Part shown: positions 32,707 to 42,809 of the stretch, piece by piece
Numbering within the stretch: position 1 is the first letter of the stretch
Layout of the letters: every line of letters starts with the position of its first letter
Source of the DNA: Parcubacteria group bacterium
GTDB taxonomy: Bacteria; Patescibacteriota; JACQLU01
Assembly (NCBI GenBank): GCA_016203935.1
Contig: JACQLU010000006.1
Span: 1 to 42,834 of the forward strand
DNA: 42,834 bases
Reading direction: 5' to 3'
Made by a program: the position numbers and the translations under genes
Notes under the pieces: generated by a model
Seen by the model: only the letters and a program-made list of their open reading frames with translations
Database searches by the model: none
What the model was told of the DNA's origin: nothing

Positions 32707-33183
32707 CTATTTTTCTTGAGGAATATAGTGCGGTTTTCCTTCCATGCGGTCAAGAAAGACTTTACCCTCAAGGTGATCAATCTCGTGCTGAATGACGCGC
32801 GCGAGAAGATCGGTAGCACGTTTTCGTACCTTCTCTCCTTTTTCGTTCGTATATTCGGCGGTGATGCGAAAGGCACGACGTACCTCCCCCCATGTATTCG
32901 GATAGGAGAGACATCCCTCTTCCTTAATCATTCTCTTCTTAGAGGAGTGTGTGATCTTTGGATTCACCATCGCAAACCGCTCCTCGCCAAGCGCTACTAT
33001 CGCGATCGCCTTTGCCACCCCCACCTGCGGCGCGGCGAGACCAATACCACTTGGGGTGGTGGCAAGCGTTTCGAAGAGATCGACGATGAGTCGTCGCATC
33101 TCTTTCGAAAGCGGAAATGTCGCTTCCTCGGCTCGCCTATGGAGTAGACGATCGTAAGATGATATCAACGTCAGAATGGCCAT
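32707..33183 (-). CDS. def: Peptide deformylase
   Basis: GIGLAAPQVG, EGCLSYP and HEIDHLEG motifs. Confidence 0.92.
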   Translation of the reverse strand: MAILTLISSYDRLLHRRAEEATFPLSKEMRRLIVDLFETLATTPSGIGLAAPQVGVAKAIAIVALGEERFAMVNPKITHSSKKRMIKEEGCLSYPNTWGEVRRAFRITAEYTNEKGEKVRKRATDLLARVIQHEIDHLEGKVFLDRMEGKPHYIPQEK

Positions 33184-33188
33184 AGAAA

Positions 33189-35186
33189 TTATACGTATTC
33201 AGGGTCGACCACGATGCGCCACGAACCGGGGAGTATCTTTCGGACTTTCGCGAGTATCCGAGGTTCCTTTGGTGATATCTTTATAAGTATCGCAAACTCC
33301 CCACGAGTAGCGCTGGGACTAGGTCCTAGTATGTCACGAATTCCTTCTTTCTTCAAGGAAGCGAGATCTCGCAAGATGGCTGTCTCTTTTTTGAACGATT
33401 CTTTCCCTTTACCCCGTGAAAACCTTACGCGTATAAGCCGCACAAATGGAGGATAGTAAAGGACTTTGCGTTCTTTTAATTCGCTTTCATAGAAGGACGT
33501 GGGGTCAAAAGAGAGTGCGGCGCGTACCGCGGGATGATCGGGTATATACGTCTGCCAGACAATTTTAGGCGGCGGCACCTGCTGTAACGCGCGGTGACGG
33601 AGCTCACGGACGAATGCGACGAGCCGTTCGTGGGTGCGGAAGTCGGGGATGGAGAGCATTGAGTCTATGGCGAGCATGGCAATGCAATGAACGGGGAGTG
33701 ACGGAAGTGCGCCCACGAGCATCGGCGTACCTACTAGAATGCCGCTCGGACGGCTAAGGAATTCGGTAATGAGCTTGCCGCGTGAGGCGGGTGAGGCTAC
33801 GCTCTCTCGATCGAAGTGCGCGAGTGGTACGCCGGGGAAGACGGTTTGTAATTCATGCATAACTCTCTCGATGCCGGCGCCTCGGGTGCGGAGGGTACGC
33901 GCCTGACAAAATTGACAGCGCGTAAACGGTGGGTACTCGCTATCACACTGACTGCAATGGAGCAGGATACGCTTTTGGTTTCGAACCACCTTAAGCGGGA
34001 TGCCACAGCGGGGACATATAGCTACCCGATGGCAGGCGGCACAAAGATAGGCAGCGCCAAAGCCGCGGCGGTGGGTAATGAGAAGCGCTCGGCCTTGCTT
34101 ACGCACCACCTCCCTTAAGACCTCAACCAGCTTGGGGGCAAGCAGCGTAGATGTTTTTGCCACCCACAGAGGACGCGCATCAATGACGGCGACATCGCCT
34201 GTGCCGGAAGGTGATACGCTTGGTTCGATTTTCGTAGGGAGAGAGGCTATTCGTTTCGCTGTTCGCGCCTGATGCCACACGGCAATACGAGGGGTATGGC
34301 TTACTATGAGAAGCCGGATACCGGTCTCCCGCGCGAGCATGATCGCCGCATGCCGCACATCATAGTGCGGCGCCTGATCGTATTGGTTATGGCCACTCTC
34401 ATGCTCGCTATCGATAACGATGGCAGAAAGTTTGGGAAAGGGAACGAAGAGCGCTTTGCGCGTACCGATGACGACATTGTTTGCGCCGCGTACGGCCCCC
34501 TCCCAAAGCAGGCGTTCCTCCGATCGTGGAAGTCTCGAATGAATAAAGCCAAGACGCGCTCCCCATCGATTCCCAAGGAGTCCCATAATCTCCTTTCCAC
34601 GCTCAATTTCGGGAACCAAAATCAACGTTTGTCCTCCCTCCTCGCTTGCCCGGCGGGCGATGGCTTCATAGATTAGGCAAGGTTCAAATCCAAGCGGAAT
34701 CGGAAGAAGCGAATACCCGCCCGGTCTCAATCGTAGATGAGAAAAGGAAGTGAAAGCGAACGCCGGTCGAGCGGTATCCATCATGGGGGGCGTCGCTTCC
34801 GCGCTCCGTATCAGACGACGTCCGGGTTGTGGCGGAAGCATAGCATGGACGACCAAGCCGGGAGGAGCGAGTGTCTCCTCCATGAGCGAATGCATAAGCT
34901 TTTGCCACGGCGGTGTAAAGCGAATTAAAGGATCAACTCCCACGATTTCCTTTGGTACCACCGAAGAAGGGGGGATAGCCTTTTCCGCCACGACCACACC
35001 TCGTAACTCTTGCCGCCCAAATGGTATGGTGACAATGCTGCCGATGCCTACTTGATTATGAAATTCTTCTGGTACGCGATAAGTAAATCCGAGCATGGGG
35101 CGCCCCTCCTCACCCCCAGCGGGTCGCCCCGAGAAGAGAATTGGTACCTCGGGAATAACATTGACAAAACGAAAACGTGGTTCCAT
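33189..35186 (-). CDS. priA: Primosomal protein N' (PriA) homologue with divergent helicase motifs
   Basis: LILVPEI, IHSRLP..ER...W, VIGTRKALF, the Cys4-Cys4 zinc region (CAACHRVAICPRCG ... CSQCDSEY...CQFC) and GILVGTPML blocks follow PriA order. Confidence 0.7.
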   Translation of the reverse strand: MEPRFRFVNVIPEVPILFSGRPAGGEEGRPMLGFTYRVPEEFHNQVGIGSIVTIPFGRQELRGVVVAEKAIPPSSVVPKEIVGVDPLIRFTPPWQKLMHSLMEETLAPPGLVVHAMLPPQPGRRLIRSAEATPPMMDTARPAFAFTSFSHLRLRPGGYSLLPIPLGFEPCLIYEAIARRASEEGGQTLILVPEIERGKEIMGLLGNRWGARLGFIHSRLPRSEERLLWEGAVRGANNVVIGTRKALFVPFPKLSAIVIDSEHESGHNQYDQAPHYDVRHAAIMLARETGIRLLIVSHTPRIAVWHQARTAKRIASLPTKIEPSVSPSGTGDVAVIDARPLWVAKTSTLLAPKLVEVLREVVRKQGRALLITHRRGFGAAYLCAACHRVAICPRCGIPLKVVRNQKRILLHCSQCDSEYPPFTRCQFCQARTLRTRGAGIERVMHELQTVFPGVPLAHFDRESVASPASRGKLITEFLSRPSGILVGTPMLVGALPSLPVHCIAMLAIDSMLSIPDFRTHERLVAFVRELRHRALQQVPPPKIVWQTYIPDHPAVRAALSFDPTSFYESELKERKVLYYPPFVRLIRVRFSRGKGKESFKKETAILRDLASLKKEGIRDILGPSPSATRGEFAILIKISPKEPRILAKVRKILPGSWRIVVDPEYV

Positions 35187-35245
35187 ATAAAAAAGAGGGA
35201 CTTCTTATCATACCCCTCTCACGCAAAGAGACACAACTCTCAATA

Positions 35246-35533
35246 CTATACTGCGCTCGGCGGATCCTTGGGCGACTCACTACGCCTGAGAAACGAGGAG
35301 AGAAGCCGCGGCAATACATCAACCAGCTTGGTAATTGACCGAACCGCGCTACCAAGCTCTCCCACGGCACTTTTAAGATGGGTGAGCTCCTTAAGCAAAA
35401 CACTTACCTCCTCGATTCTCGCATTGATCATGCGCACGGTGCGGGTGACCGACACGAGAAAATAGCTAAACGCAGCACCCACGACTATAATAACAAGCGC
35501 AAGGGTGAGATAGAGAACGTCGAGCGGTGACAT
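35246..35533 (-). CDS. Small membrane-anchored coiled-coil protein (DUF948/YtxH-like?)
   Basis: The start at the internal ATG 35533 gives an N-terminal TM (LYLTLALVIIVVGAAFSYFLV) followed by a helical region. Confidence 0.45.
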   Translation of the reverse strand: MSPLDVLYLTLALVIIVVGAAFSYFLVSVTRTVRMINARIEEVSVLLKELTHLKSAVGELGSAVRSITKLVDVLPRLLSSFLRRSESPKDPPSAV

Positions 35534-35637
35534 AGTATGAGAAAAGACTCTCTTTAAGGGTAGCAAGAAAAGTACTCACGCCGCAATACTGACGACGAGA
35601 AAAATGATACGATGGTATTTGAAATAAGAACCAGCCC

Positions 35638-36525
35638 ATGAATGGAACTACCGAGGTGAGTAGCCGTTTAAGCTCGGTGTACGTATTAGGGGTGCGCGTC
35701 GACCGCGTTACGACGAACGAGGCGCTTACGAGGATCGACGAATTAATCCAGAATGGCGCGTTTCACTATATCGTAACGCCCAACCCCGAGATTATCATGC
35801 GGGCACAGTTCGACGAGCGCTTTCGGACCATTCTCAACGGCGCTGACCTTTCCATCTCGGATGGCATCGGCCTTGTATGGGCAGCAAGCTATCTTGAGTC
35901 GTCCCTTCCCAAGCTGCCTCTTCCCCTTACGGTGCGCGCATGGATGCGGGCGATTGATCTTTTGCTGGCCCTGGCAATCAATACACGACGCGTAAAAACC
36001 ATTCTCACCACTCGGGTAGCAGGCTCGGATATGGTCGAAGAGGTAGCGAAGCTCGCGGCACATAGGGGATATACCTTGTTCCTTTTGGGAGGAGAGGAGG
36101 GTGTGGCGGAGAAGGCGCGCGCCGCGCTTGAGAGACGCCACCGGGGAATCCGTATTGTCGGAACTTATCCCGGCCGCTTTACTACCGAGAGAGAACGTAT
36201 CTTAGACTACCTTACGAGAGCAAAACCTGATATAGTCTTCGTAGCGTACGGAGCACCCAATCAGGAACTATGGATTTTTGATCACCGCATGATCGCGCCG
36301 GCACGCGTTTATATGGGGGTAGGGGGAGCGCTTGACTTTGTCTCTGGGCATGTCATGCGAGCGCCACGATGGTTAAGAAATCTTGGCTTTGAATGGCTCT
36401 TTAGGTTTATCGTTCAGCCGTGGCGATTTAAGCGTATCCTCACCGCAGTGCCGAAATTTATTGTTCGGATAGTGAGGGAAAAAATTACTCGTGAAGCGAG
36501 TAAAAAACTCCCCGCACGAATATGA
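35638..36525 (+). CDS. WecB/TagA/CpsF-family glycosyltransferase
   Basis: IVTPNPEI, DGIGLVWA and VGGALDFVSGHVMRAPRWLRNLGFEWLFRF signature blocks. Confidence 0.8.
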   Translation: MNGTTEVSSRLSSVYVLGVRVDRVTTNEALTRIDELIQNGAFHYIVTPNPEIIMRAQFDERFRTILNGADLSISDGIGLVWAASYLESSLPKLPLPLTVRAWMRAIDLLLALAINTRRVKTILTTRVAGSDMVEEVAKLAAHRGYTLFLLGGEEGVAEKARAALERRHRGIRIVGTYPGRFTTERERILDYLTRAKPDIVFVAYGAPNQELWIFDHRMIAPARVYMGVGGALDFVSGHVMRAPRWLRNLGFEWLFRFIVQPWRFKRILTAVPKFIVRIVREKITREASKKLPARI

Positions 36526-36545
36526 ACACGAAGTTACACTAATTG
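36513..36545. repeat. Family-D ACACGAA array spanning the tagA-like stop and the gltX upstream region
   Basis: Sequence cgcacgaa tatgaacacgaa gttacactaa. Confidence 0.65.
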
Positions 36546-36550
36546 CTTAC

Positions 36551-37999
36551 ATGGCTATCGTACGCACCAGGGTAGCACCATCACCCACGGGGCACATGCA
36601 TATCGGTACCGTACGTACCGGCCTTTTTAATTACCTCTTTGCAAAAGCTCACCACGGTGCCTTTCTCCTCCGCATCGAGGATACCGACCCAGTTCGTTCC
36701 AAGCCCGAATATGAGGCTGAAATTCTTAAGGGCTTTAAGTGGCTAGGACTTGAATTCGACGAAGGACCCAACCTCGGCGGCAACTACGGCCCCTACCGAC
36801 AATCAGAGCGCCTAGACCTCTATCGCGAGAAGACAAGCTGGCTTCTTGATAATGGGCTTGCCTATCAATGTTTCTGTACCGAAGCGGAACTTGAAAAGGT
36901 GAAGGAGAAAAGCGCCCAACAGGGATTACCACCGCGCTACAGTGGGAAGTGCCGCACGCGATCAAGAGACGAGCGCCTGCGCTTACAAAACGAGGGTCAA
37001 CCTTTTACGGTACGCCTCATAGTCCCGCGCGAGGATATCACATTTACCGACCTCATCCATGGCGCCGTCACTACAAAAGCCGAAGTACTGGATGACTTTG
37101 TGATCGTGCGTTCCGACGATACTCCGCTTTACAATTTCACCGCAGTAATCGACGATCACGCCATGGCGATCACCCATGTGATCAGGGGAGAGGATCATCT
37201 TTCCAATACCCCTAAACAGATCATTCTCTATCGTGCCTTGGGATGGGAGCTACCGGTTTTTGCACATCTACCGCTGCTTTTAAATCCCGACAAGAGCAAG
37301 ATGAGTAAGCGCTTTGGCGATGTGGAACTTTTGCGATTTCGGGATGAGGGGTACTTGTCTCAAGCGCTTATCAATTTTCTTGCCTTTCTTGGTTGGAATC
37401 CAAAAACCGACCGGGAGTTCTTTACACTTCCTGAACTTATCAGCGCATTCCATATTGAGCAGGTCAACAAGGCGGGCGCGATCTTTAATCGGGCAAAACT
37501 TGATTACTTTAATCAACACTACGTGCGAGCACTGCCTTTGGACCGTCTTATCGAACTTTCCTGGCCATATCTTGAGAATGCGGGTTTGGTGGCAGAGTCA
37601 ACTGACCGATCAATGGTGGGAAGAGTGCTCACCGTGGTGCGTGATCGCATAAGGACCCTCTCCGAAGTTCCCTCACTTACCGATTTCTTTTTTCTGCTTC
37701 CCGCGTACGACCCAGCACTTCTTACCGAGAAGGGGAGTAAAGCGACGGCGAAACAAAGCTTAGAGATACTCCTCACCTTCACCGAGAAAGAATATCCTCG
37801 TGACCTTACGTCTCTCACCGACCTCTTAAAGCTCCAACCGGCGGCACTCGGTATCTCCAATGGAGAATTCTTCTGGCCCACGCGTGTAGCCCTTGCTGGT
37901 AAAGCCCAGTCGCCCAGTACCGCCGAGATGATGATGGCACTGGGAAACACCGAAACACAAACGCGGCTTCGTGTAGCCCTCTCGCGTCTTGAAACGTAA
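36551..37999 (+). CDS. gltX: Glutamyl-tRNA synthetase
   Basis: RVAPSPTGHMHIGT (HIGH motif) and KMSKR (KMSKS motif). The start at 36551 removes the overlap with the upstream gene. Confidence 0.9.
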   Translation: MAIVRTRVAPSPTGHMHIGTVRTGLFNYLFAKAHHGAFLLRIEDTDPVRSKPEYEAEILKGFKWLGLEFDEGPNLGGNYGPYRQSERLDLYREKTSWLLDNGLAYQCFCTEAELEKVKEKSAQQGLPPRYSGKCRTRSRDERLRLQNEGQPFTVRLIVPREDITFTDLIHGAVTTKAEVLDDFVIVRSDDTPLYNFTAVIDDHAMAITHVIRGEDHLSNTPKQIILYRALGWELPVFAHLPLLLNPDKSKMSKRFGDVELLRFRDEGYLSQALINFLAFLGWNPKTDREFFTLPELISAFHIEQVNKAGAIFNRAKLDYFNQHYVRALPLDRLIELSWPYLENAGLVAESTDRSMVGRVLTVVRDRIRTLSEVPSLTDFFFLLPAYDPALLTEKGSKATAKQSLEILLTFTEKEYPRDLTSLTDLLKLQPAALGISNGEFFWPTRVALAGKAQSPSTAEMMMALGNTETQTRLRVALSRLET

Positions 38000-38009
38000 A
38001 GAAGCGTCT

Positions 38010-39266
38010 ATGTGTATCCGCCGAATAGTGCTTGCGCTTATCATGATCGTAAGCGCCATGGGTCTTCCCATGGGAGGGAGGGGGGCAACGAGCGACGAAC
38101 TCAAATCGGTGATCGAGGCGCGCCAGCATGATGCCGCCGCCTTGGAAGCAAAAGTCAAGCAACTAGAGCTTGCACTTACTGAAAAACGAAAAGAAGCGCG
38201 TACCCTTGCTAATGAGATTGCCACGTACGATCTTAGCATCGAGCGAACCGAACGCGAGATCGAGAGGCTTACCCTCGCCATTGAAGTGACCGAAGCTGAG
38301 ATCGCGCTCACCACTGAAACCATTATTGAGACAGAGGAAGAGATCCAAGCCACCCGCGGTCGGATCGCTCATTATCTGCGTTTTCTCTACATGTACGAGG
38401 CGCGCTCGCCATTTGAGATCGTCTTGAGAGAGGAGCGCCTCTCGGACTTCTTTGCCGAGCGACGCACCCTTACCACTTTGCAAAATCACGCGCGCACCAT
38501 TGTGAGCCGCCTTGAAGTTCTTAAGGAGAATCTCTCTTCCCAGCGCCGCACGCTTGAAGAGGAGGAGGCGAAACGAAAGGCAGAGAAAGAGACGCAAGAA
38601 GGGCAACGGGCGCTCCTGGCCCAACAGCGGTCGCTCAAGCAAGCGTTACTTACTGAAACGAAGGGGAGAGAGGTAGCGTTTCAACGGATGCTCTCCCAGA
38701 CCGAAAAGACCCGCCGCGAGATCGCGCGGCAAATCTATCAATTGGAGAAGACGCTAGAGGCCGAGCTTGCCAAGGAGGCGGCCCAGCGGCGTGCGCAAGC
38801 CCTCGCGGGGGCTAAGCCCGGCACCTTCATGTGGCCTATGGCAAATGCGGAGCTCTCGCAAGGGTATGGGCCGACGAGCGAGACTGGGTTTGAAAACAAC
38901 GTCTATAGCTTCCATAACGGGATCGATTTTGTCGGTCTCGCGGGCGCACCGATCATGGCGGCGGCCGACGGTATAGTAAAAGCGAAAGGAACGAATGGCC
39001 GTTACGCGTACGGCAACTGGGTAGCCGTCGAACACCAGATAGGGGAGCTGACCCTCACGACACTCTATGCGCACCTTGCCGATCTTAATTATGCGACGGC
39101 CGGACAAAAGGTCGCACGGGGAGAGCTCATAGGCTATCAAGGGGATACAGGTTTCGCGACTGGCGCCCATCTCCATTTTACGGTCTATGTAGAATTCCAG
39201 ACGCGCGACATGTGGTATGGGTTACTACCGATCGGCGTGCACGTCAATCCCTTGATGTTTATCTAA
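38010..39266 (+). CDS. M23-family metallopeptidase with an N-terminal coiled coil (EnvC-like architecture)
   Basis: Signal anchor and a long heptad-rich region. HNGIDF (HxxxD) and GAHLHFTVY (HxH) motifs. Confidence 0.85.
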   Translation: MCIRRIVLALIMIVSAMGLPMGGRGATSDELKSVIEARQHDAAALEAKVKQLELALTEKRKEARTLANEIATYDLSIERTEREIERLTLAIEVTEAEIALTTETIIETEEEIQATRGRIAHYLRFLYMYEARSPFEIVLREERLSDFFAERRTLTTLQNHARTIVSRLEVLKENLSSQRRTLEEEEAKRKAEKETQEGQRALLAQQRSLKQALLTETKGREVAFQRMLSQTEKTRREIARQIYQLEKTLEAELAKEAAQRRAQALAGAKPGTFMWPMANAELSQGYGPTSETGFENNVYSFHNGIDFVGLAGAPIMAAADGIVKAKGTNGRYAYGNWVAVEHQIGELTLTTLYAHLADLNYATAGQKVARGELIGYQGDTGFATGAHLHFTVYVEFQTRDMWYGLLPIGVHVNPLMFI

Positions 39267-39377
39267 CGAGAGGGGAACAAGGGAATGTGATAGAATAACG
39301 TCGCATAATGAAACTTATGCGACATAATAGAATGACGTCCCTGTCCTCCTATCCCCTGTAGATCCGGCAAAAAGGTT

Positions 39378-39414
39378 ATATTAGTGTCTATTCGTGTTAA
39401 TATTCGTGTCTATT
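39378..39414. repeat. Family-D array, inverted orientation
   Basis: Sequence ttagtgtctattcgtgttaatattcgtgtcta, which is the reverse complement of the ACACGAA/ACACTAA units. Confidence 0.7.
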
Positions 39415-39465
39415 TAGGAGACTTAGGATCCTATATCCTCCCGTGGTCTATACGACAAAGATCAC

Positions 39466-39960
39466 TCAATAACGGCAACCCTTGCTAACCTTTACACTGA
39501 CGTAGCCCGCCGCCTTGGCCTCCTCCTCGCTTTCGAACCATAGTTGGTTTTCGGGGCTTATGCGTTTTGCGTAGGAGCAGGTGGGTGGATAGTATTTATT
39601 GCTGTTGCGACTGCCTACGTATTTTCCTTCTGTCCGCGACGCTGCTCGTCGCTTAATATCACTCGTCGTCCCAAAAGATGACGCAATCGGCTGTGGTGAT
39701 ATGGTAGTGATGATTGTTCCTGGACCGCTGGTAGCTACGGTGGTAGCGCCTAGAGCAGAGCCTTTTACTCCAATTTCTGGAGTGTGAATCCCTTCACCTT
39801 GTACGGTAATAAGTTTCGGCTCCTCGTTCCCCTCTCTACCGGTAATGAAGCCTGCGTAGAAACCGACAAGCGCCGCACACAAAAATATCAACGAATCGAT
39901 CATGCGCTTACGCATTTCAGGTGTCACTATTCCTGCAACTTTAGAGATCATTGTCAGCAT
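39466..39960 (-). CDS. Hypothetical membrane-anchored protein with a C-terminal KYY..C....I...N..F.S.EEA.AAGY motif
   Basis: 164-aa ORF with an N-terminal TM. The C-terminal motif resembles small Cys-containing metal-binding modules. No firm family assignment. Confidence 0.5.
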   Translation of the reverse strand: MLTMISKVAGIVTPEMRKRMIDSLIFLCAALVGFYAGFITGREGNEEPKLITVQGEGIHTPEIGVKGSALGATTVATSGPGTIITTISPQPIASSFGTTSDIKRRAASRTEGKYVGSRNSNKYYPPTCSYAKRISPENQLWFESEEEAKAAGYVSVKVSKGCRY

Positions 39961-40001
39961 GGCTTACGATGACTAAAGAGATTAGTCATTAGTCATTTTT
40001 C

Positions 40002-41294
40002 ATGTTTTCTCATCTTTTCATCTTGGGTCGCAACCCAGCACTATCGGTTGCCGAACTCTCCCACGTCATTCCCGGTTTGACACCCCACTATACACTTATG
40101 GGCGCAGCCGAGCAATGGCTGTGGCTCGAGAGCGACACGGCGCTTCACGCGCAAAAACTGATTGACCGTCTCGGCGGCACGATCAAAATTGCAAAGGTTG
40201 ATAGTGTGACCCAGCGCGCCATATCAAAGGAAGAGCTTGTTTCCCATATAGCTCAACTACTTGCCGCAACGCCTTCTCCACGGATCGAGTTTGGTATCTC
40301 TCTCTATGGCGATTGGCCACGAAACGTTTCGGGAAGAAACCTTGGCTTCACAGTAAAAAGATTCCTCACGCAGGAAGGAAAAAGCGCACGCGTCATCCTC
40401 CCAATTCATGGCCACACACTCAATGCGGCGCAGGTGGTTAAATCACTTGGGGACCACGGTGTCGAGTTAATCCTCGCCCGCAGCAAAGAATCCGTTCTCA
40501 TTGGTCATACCGAGGCGGTGCAGGATATCGATTCCTATCGTATCCGTGACATTGAGCGACCGCACCGCAGCATGAAAACCGGCATGATGCCGCCGAAGCT
40601 CGCGCAAATCATGATTAACTGTGCCGATCTTAAAGAGGGTCAAACGCTTTTGGATCCATTTGTCGGGCTGGGAACAATTCTTATAGAAGGGATACGGATG
40701 GGGCTTAGGGTAATCGGTAGTGACCGCGATGCGAAAGCACTTGCGGACACCAAGGAAAATCTCGTCTGGTATTCCCGTTTCATAACTCCCCTAACCCCTC
40801 TTACCTTTCCGCCAAAGGCGGATCCGCCTCGGGCGGAAAGAGGGGTAGACGACGAGAGCTACCATCTCTTTCAGTCTGATGTAAAAACATTGCCACAACA
40901 CCTTAGGCGAGGTGAAGTAGCGGCCATCGTCACCGAAGGAACGCTTGGGCCACGGTTAGAACGGGAGACGACTGTCGGCGAAGCCCGAGAAGAGTTCAAT
41001 AAGCTAAGAGAACTTTATCAAAGAAGTTTCAAAGCCTTCCGTGCATTCCTACCAACTGGTGGACGGGTGGTGATAACATTTCCTGCCTATAAAATCCGAG
41101 GTAGGGTGCTCCCCTATCCCTATATTGACGATCTAAGGAGTCTGGGATACAATACGGATTGTCTTATTGCTCACGCATGGGATACAATACTTTCTGTGCC
41201 GTTTCTCTCGTGTACCGGGCGAGGAAGTCTTATCTATAGCCGTGAGGATCAATTCGTAGCCCGCGAAATCTTCCGGTTCACACTAAAAGGCTAA
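40002..41294 (+). CDS. SAM-dependent methyltransferase (UPF0020/Trm11/RlmL-like RNA methylase) with an in-frame family-B element
   Basis: SAM-binding [15 protein letters not shown] followed by GSDRD. A downstream IVTEGTLGP block sits where the catalytic (D/N)PPY-type motif would be. Confidence 0.6.
   Translation: MFSHLFILGRNPALSVAELSHVIPGLTPHYTLMGAAEQWLWLESDTALHAQKLIDRLGGTIKIAKVDSVTQRAISKEELVSHIAQLLAATPSPRIEFGISLYGDWPRNVSGRNLGFTVKRFLTQEGKSARVILPIHGHTLNAAQVVKSLGDHGVELILARSKESVLIGHTEAVQDIDSYRIRDIERPHRSMKTGMMPPKLAQIMINCADLKEGQTLLDPFVGLGTILIEGIRMGLRVIGSDRDAKALADTKENLVWYSRFITPLTPLTFPPKADPPRAERGVDDESYHLFQSDVKTLPQHLRRGEVAAIVTEGTLGPRLERETTVGEAREEFNKLRELYQRSFKAFRAFLPTGGRVVITFPAYKIRGRVLPYPYIDDLRSLGYNTDCLIAHAWDTILSVPFLSCTGRGSLIYSREDQFVAREIFRFTLKG
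40782..40846. repeat. Partial family-B element with a nested hairpin inside the methyltransferase CDS (read as [22 protein letters not shown])
   Basis: ataactcccctaacccctctta matches 19173-19265. A nested stem tttccgcc...ggcggaaa is present. The frame is kept. Confidence 0.8.
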
Positions 41295-41321
41295 TGAAGC
41301 TTTTGAAGCTAACGAAGCTAG
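41289..41321. repeat. Family-E motif (ggctaatgaagc ttttgaagctaacgaagcta)
   Basis: Shares agctaacgaagc with 6846-6857. Lies just upstream of rpmA. Confidence 0.65.
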
Positions 41322-41337
41322 TTTCCTAACAAAACGT

Positions 41338-41631
41338 ATGGCCCACAAAACTGCAAAAGGTTCAACCGCCTTAGGACGCGACAGTGAATCGAAGCGTCTT
41401 GGGATTAAACTTTACGATGGTGAGATTGCTAAACCAGGAAGTATCATTCTGCGCCAGCGCGGCAGGAAGTATCGCGCCGGTACCAATGTAGCAGTAGGTA
41501 AGGATGATACCCTCTTCGCGCTTCGCTCCGGACTCGTGCACTTCACCCACCGTACCATCCGCCACTTCGACGGCTCACTCAAAAAAGCCACGTTTGTGCA
41601 CGTGGTGGATAAGAGGACGCAGGTGAACTAA
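41338..41631 (+). CDS. rpmA: 50S ribosomal protein L27
   Basis: [29 protein letters not shown]...[29 protein letters not shown]. Confidence 0.95.
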   Translation: MAHKTAKGSTALGRDSESKRLGIKLYDGEIAKPGSIILRQRGRKYRAGTNVAVGKDDTLFALRSGLVHFTHRTIRHFDGSLKKATFVHVVDKRTQVN

Positions 41632-41675
41632 TAACGTCGAAATGTATTGAAATTACAAAAATTGATTGAAACTGA

Positions 41676-41705
41676 AAAGAGTTCGCTGACCGCGAACTCT
41701 TTTCT
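41676..41705. terminator. Bidirectional rho-independent terminator between rpmA and the convergent gene
   Basis: Stem agagttcgc / gcgaactct, flanked by an A-run and a T-run. Confidence 0.7.
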
Positions 41706-41721
41706 AGTTTCCGAACTACCG

Positions 41722-42081
41722 TTATGTAATTCCCTGCTGCCGCTTGCTTCTTTCTTCGATATCCTGACTGATCCCCCACTGTTCTAATCTGGCTGCCGTA
41801 TCCTGAATAAAAGGCAGTACATTTTTCTCATTAAACTCCATCAGTACCGCAGATACCTCTAATTTGATTACGTTTATCACTGCCTCTCTTTGTTCAGGTG
41901 ACATTTCTGCTAATTTTGGTCCTAACTCTGCCAGCGCATTACGCTCAAGTTCTTGAAATTTGGCTCGTGTTTGCGCAAGGATCTCACTCCGTTCCTTCCA
42001 TAGTTGCTCTACAGTAGCCTCAGGGTCCCTTCCAGTCTCGCCCATCTCTTGCGGAGGAGCTTCGCTTTCTGAATTTGACAT
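41722..42081 (-). CDS. Hypothetical acidic helical protein (119 aa)
   Basis: Clean ORF convergent with rpmA. No family recognised. Confidence 0.5.
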   Translation of the reverse strand: MSNSESEAPPQEMGETGRDPEATVEQLWKERSEILAQTRAKFQELERNALAELGPKLAEMSPEQREAVINVIKLEVSAVLMEFNEKNVLPFIQDTAARLEQWGISQDIEERSKRQQGIT

Positions 42082-42134
42082 AGAATGTAAATGTTAAAAT
42101 ATTCCGAAAAGAATAGACTGAAAATGAGCTCACA

Positions 42135-42809
42135 TTAGGCGAGTTCATTTTGACCCTCTTGTTTTTTACCAATCAACCTAAGCTTCTCGAGTCTCTCGGT
42201 CATCTGTTTAAGCTCTTCTTCTCGAGCAAGTCGCTCTTCCGTCCTTGCTCTTAAAGCCTCTTCTAAAGTAGGGACTTTGGCTTCGCGTTCCTTTATTCGT
42301 CCTTCGATAATCGGTTTTTCCCAGTCTTCCACAGTCTCCAGGAACTGCTTATCTTCTTCATTCATCCGCCGGAGTTGCTCTATTCCTCTTGCGATAGTTT
42401 CTTCCTCACCACGAAGCACATTAACTTCAGAGGCAGCTACTTCTAATGCACCCCGTAATTCATCCGCTAACTGTGCCATCTGAAGTTGCTCATCTTGCCC
42501 AAGTGAGTTTCTTCGATTTCTCAGCCTATCATATTGATAGGCCGCATTTCCATAACCTTCTTGCCATTCGCTTGCTATGTTTCCAACTTTGTCATCAGCA
42601 CCTATCTCGAACTGTCTATTTGCTGCCCGCACTTGAAGGAGAGCGAGTCTTCTCTCACTAAGACTATTACTTTGTGCAAGCCTGAAAATCTCACGAAACG
42701 TGGCGTCGTAAGTTTCTCGTAAACCAGTATCAAATCGCTGTGCTGACCCTCTTGTTTCTTCCAACGACTTTTCGCTCGCTTCGTGCAATTTTTCCTGCGC
42801 TTCACGCAA
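42135..42809 (-). CDS. Hypothetical coiled-coil protein; possibly N-terminally incomplete
   Basis: Charged heptad-like sequence. The ORF-track start is a TTG, and the frame stays open to the window edge (42834). Confidence 0.45.
   Translation of the reverse strand: MREAQEKLHEASEKSLEETRGSAQRFDTGLRETYDATFREIFRLAQSNSLSERRLALLQVRAANRQFEIGADDKVGNIASEWQEGYGNAAYQYDRLRNRRNSLGQDEQLQMAQLADELRGALEVAASEVNVLRGEEETIARGIEQLRRMNEEDKQFLETVEDWEKPIIEGRIKEREAKVPTLEEALRARTEERLAREEELKQMTERLEKLRLIGKKQEGQNELA

Noticed and set aside
35860-36010. Apparent ~35-aa insertion (SYLESSLPKLPLPLTVRAWMRAIDLLLALAINTRRVKTILTT) in the TagA-like protein between the DGIGLVWA and RVAGSDM blocks.
   Set aside because: This rests on my memory of family spacing only. 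The DNA shows no similarity to the repeat families seen here, and a real alignment is needed before claiming an insertion.
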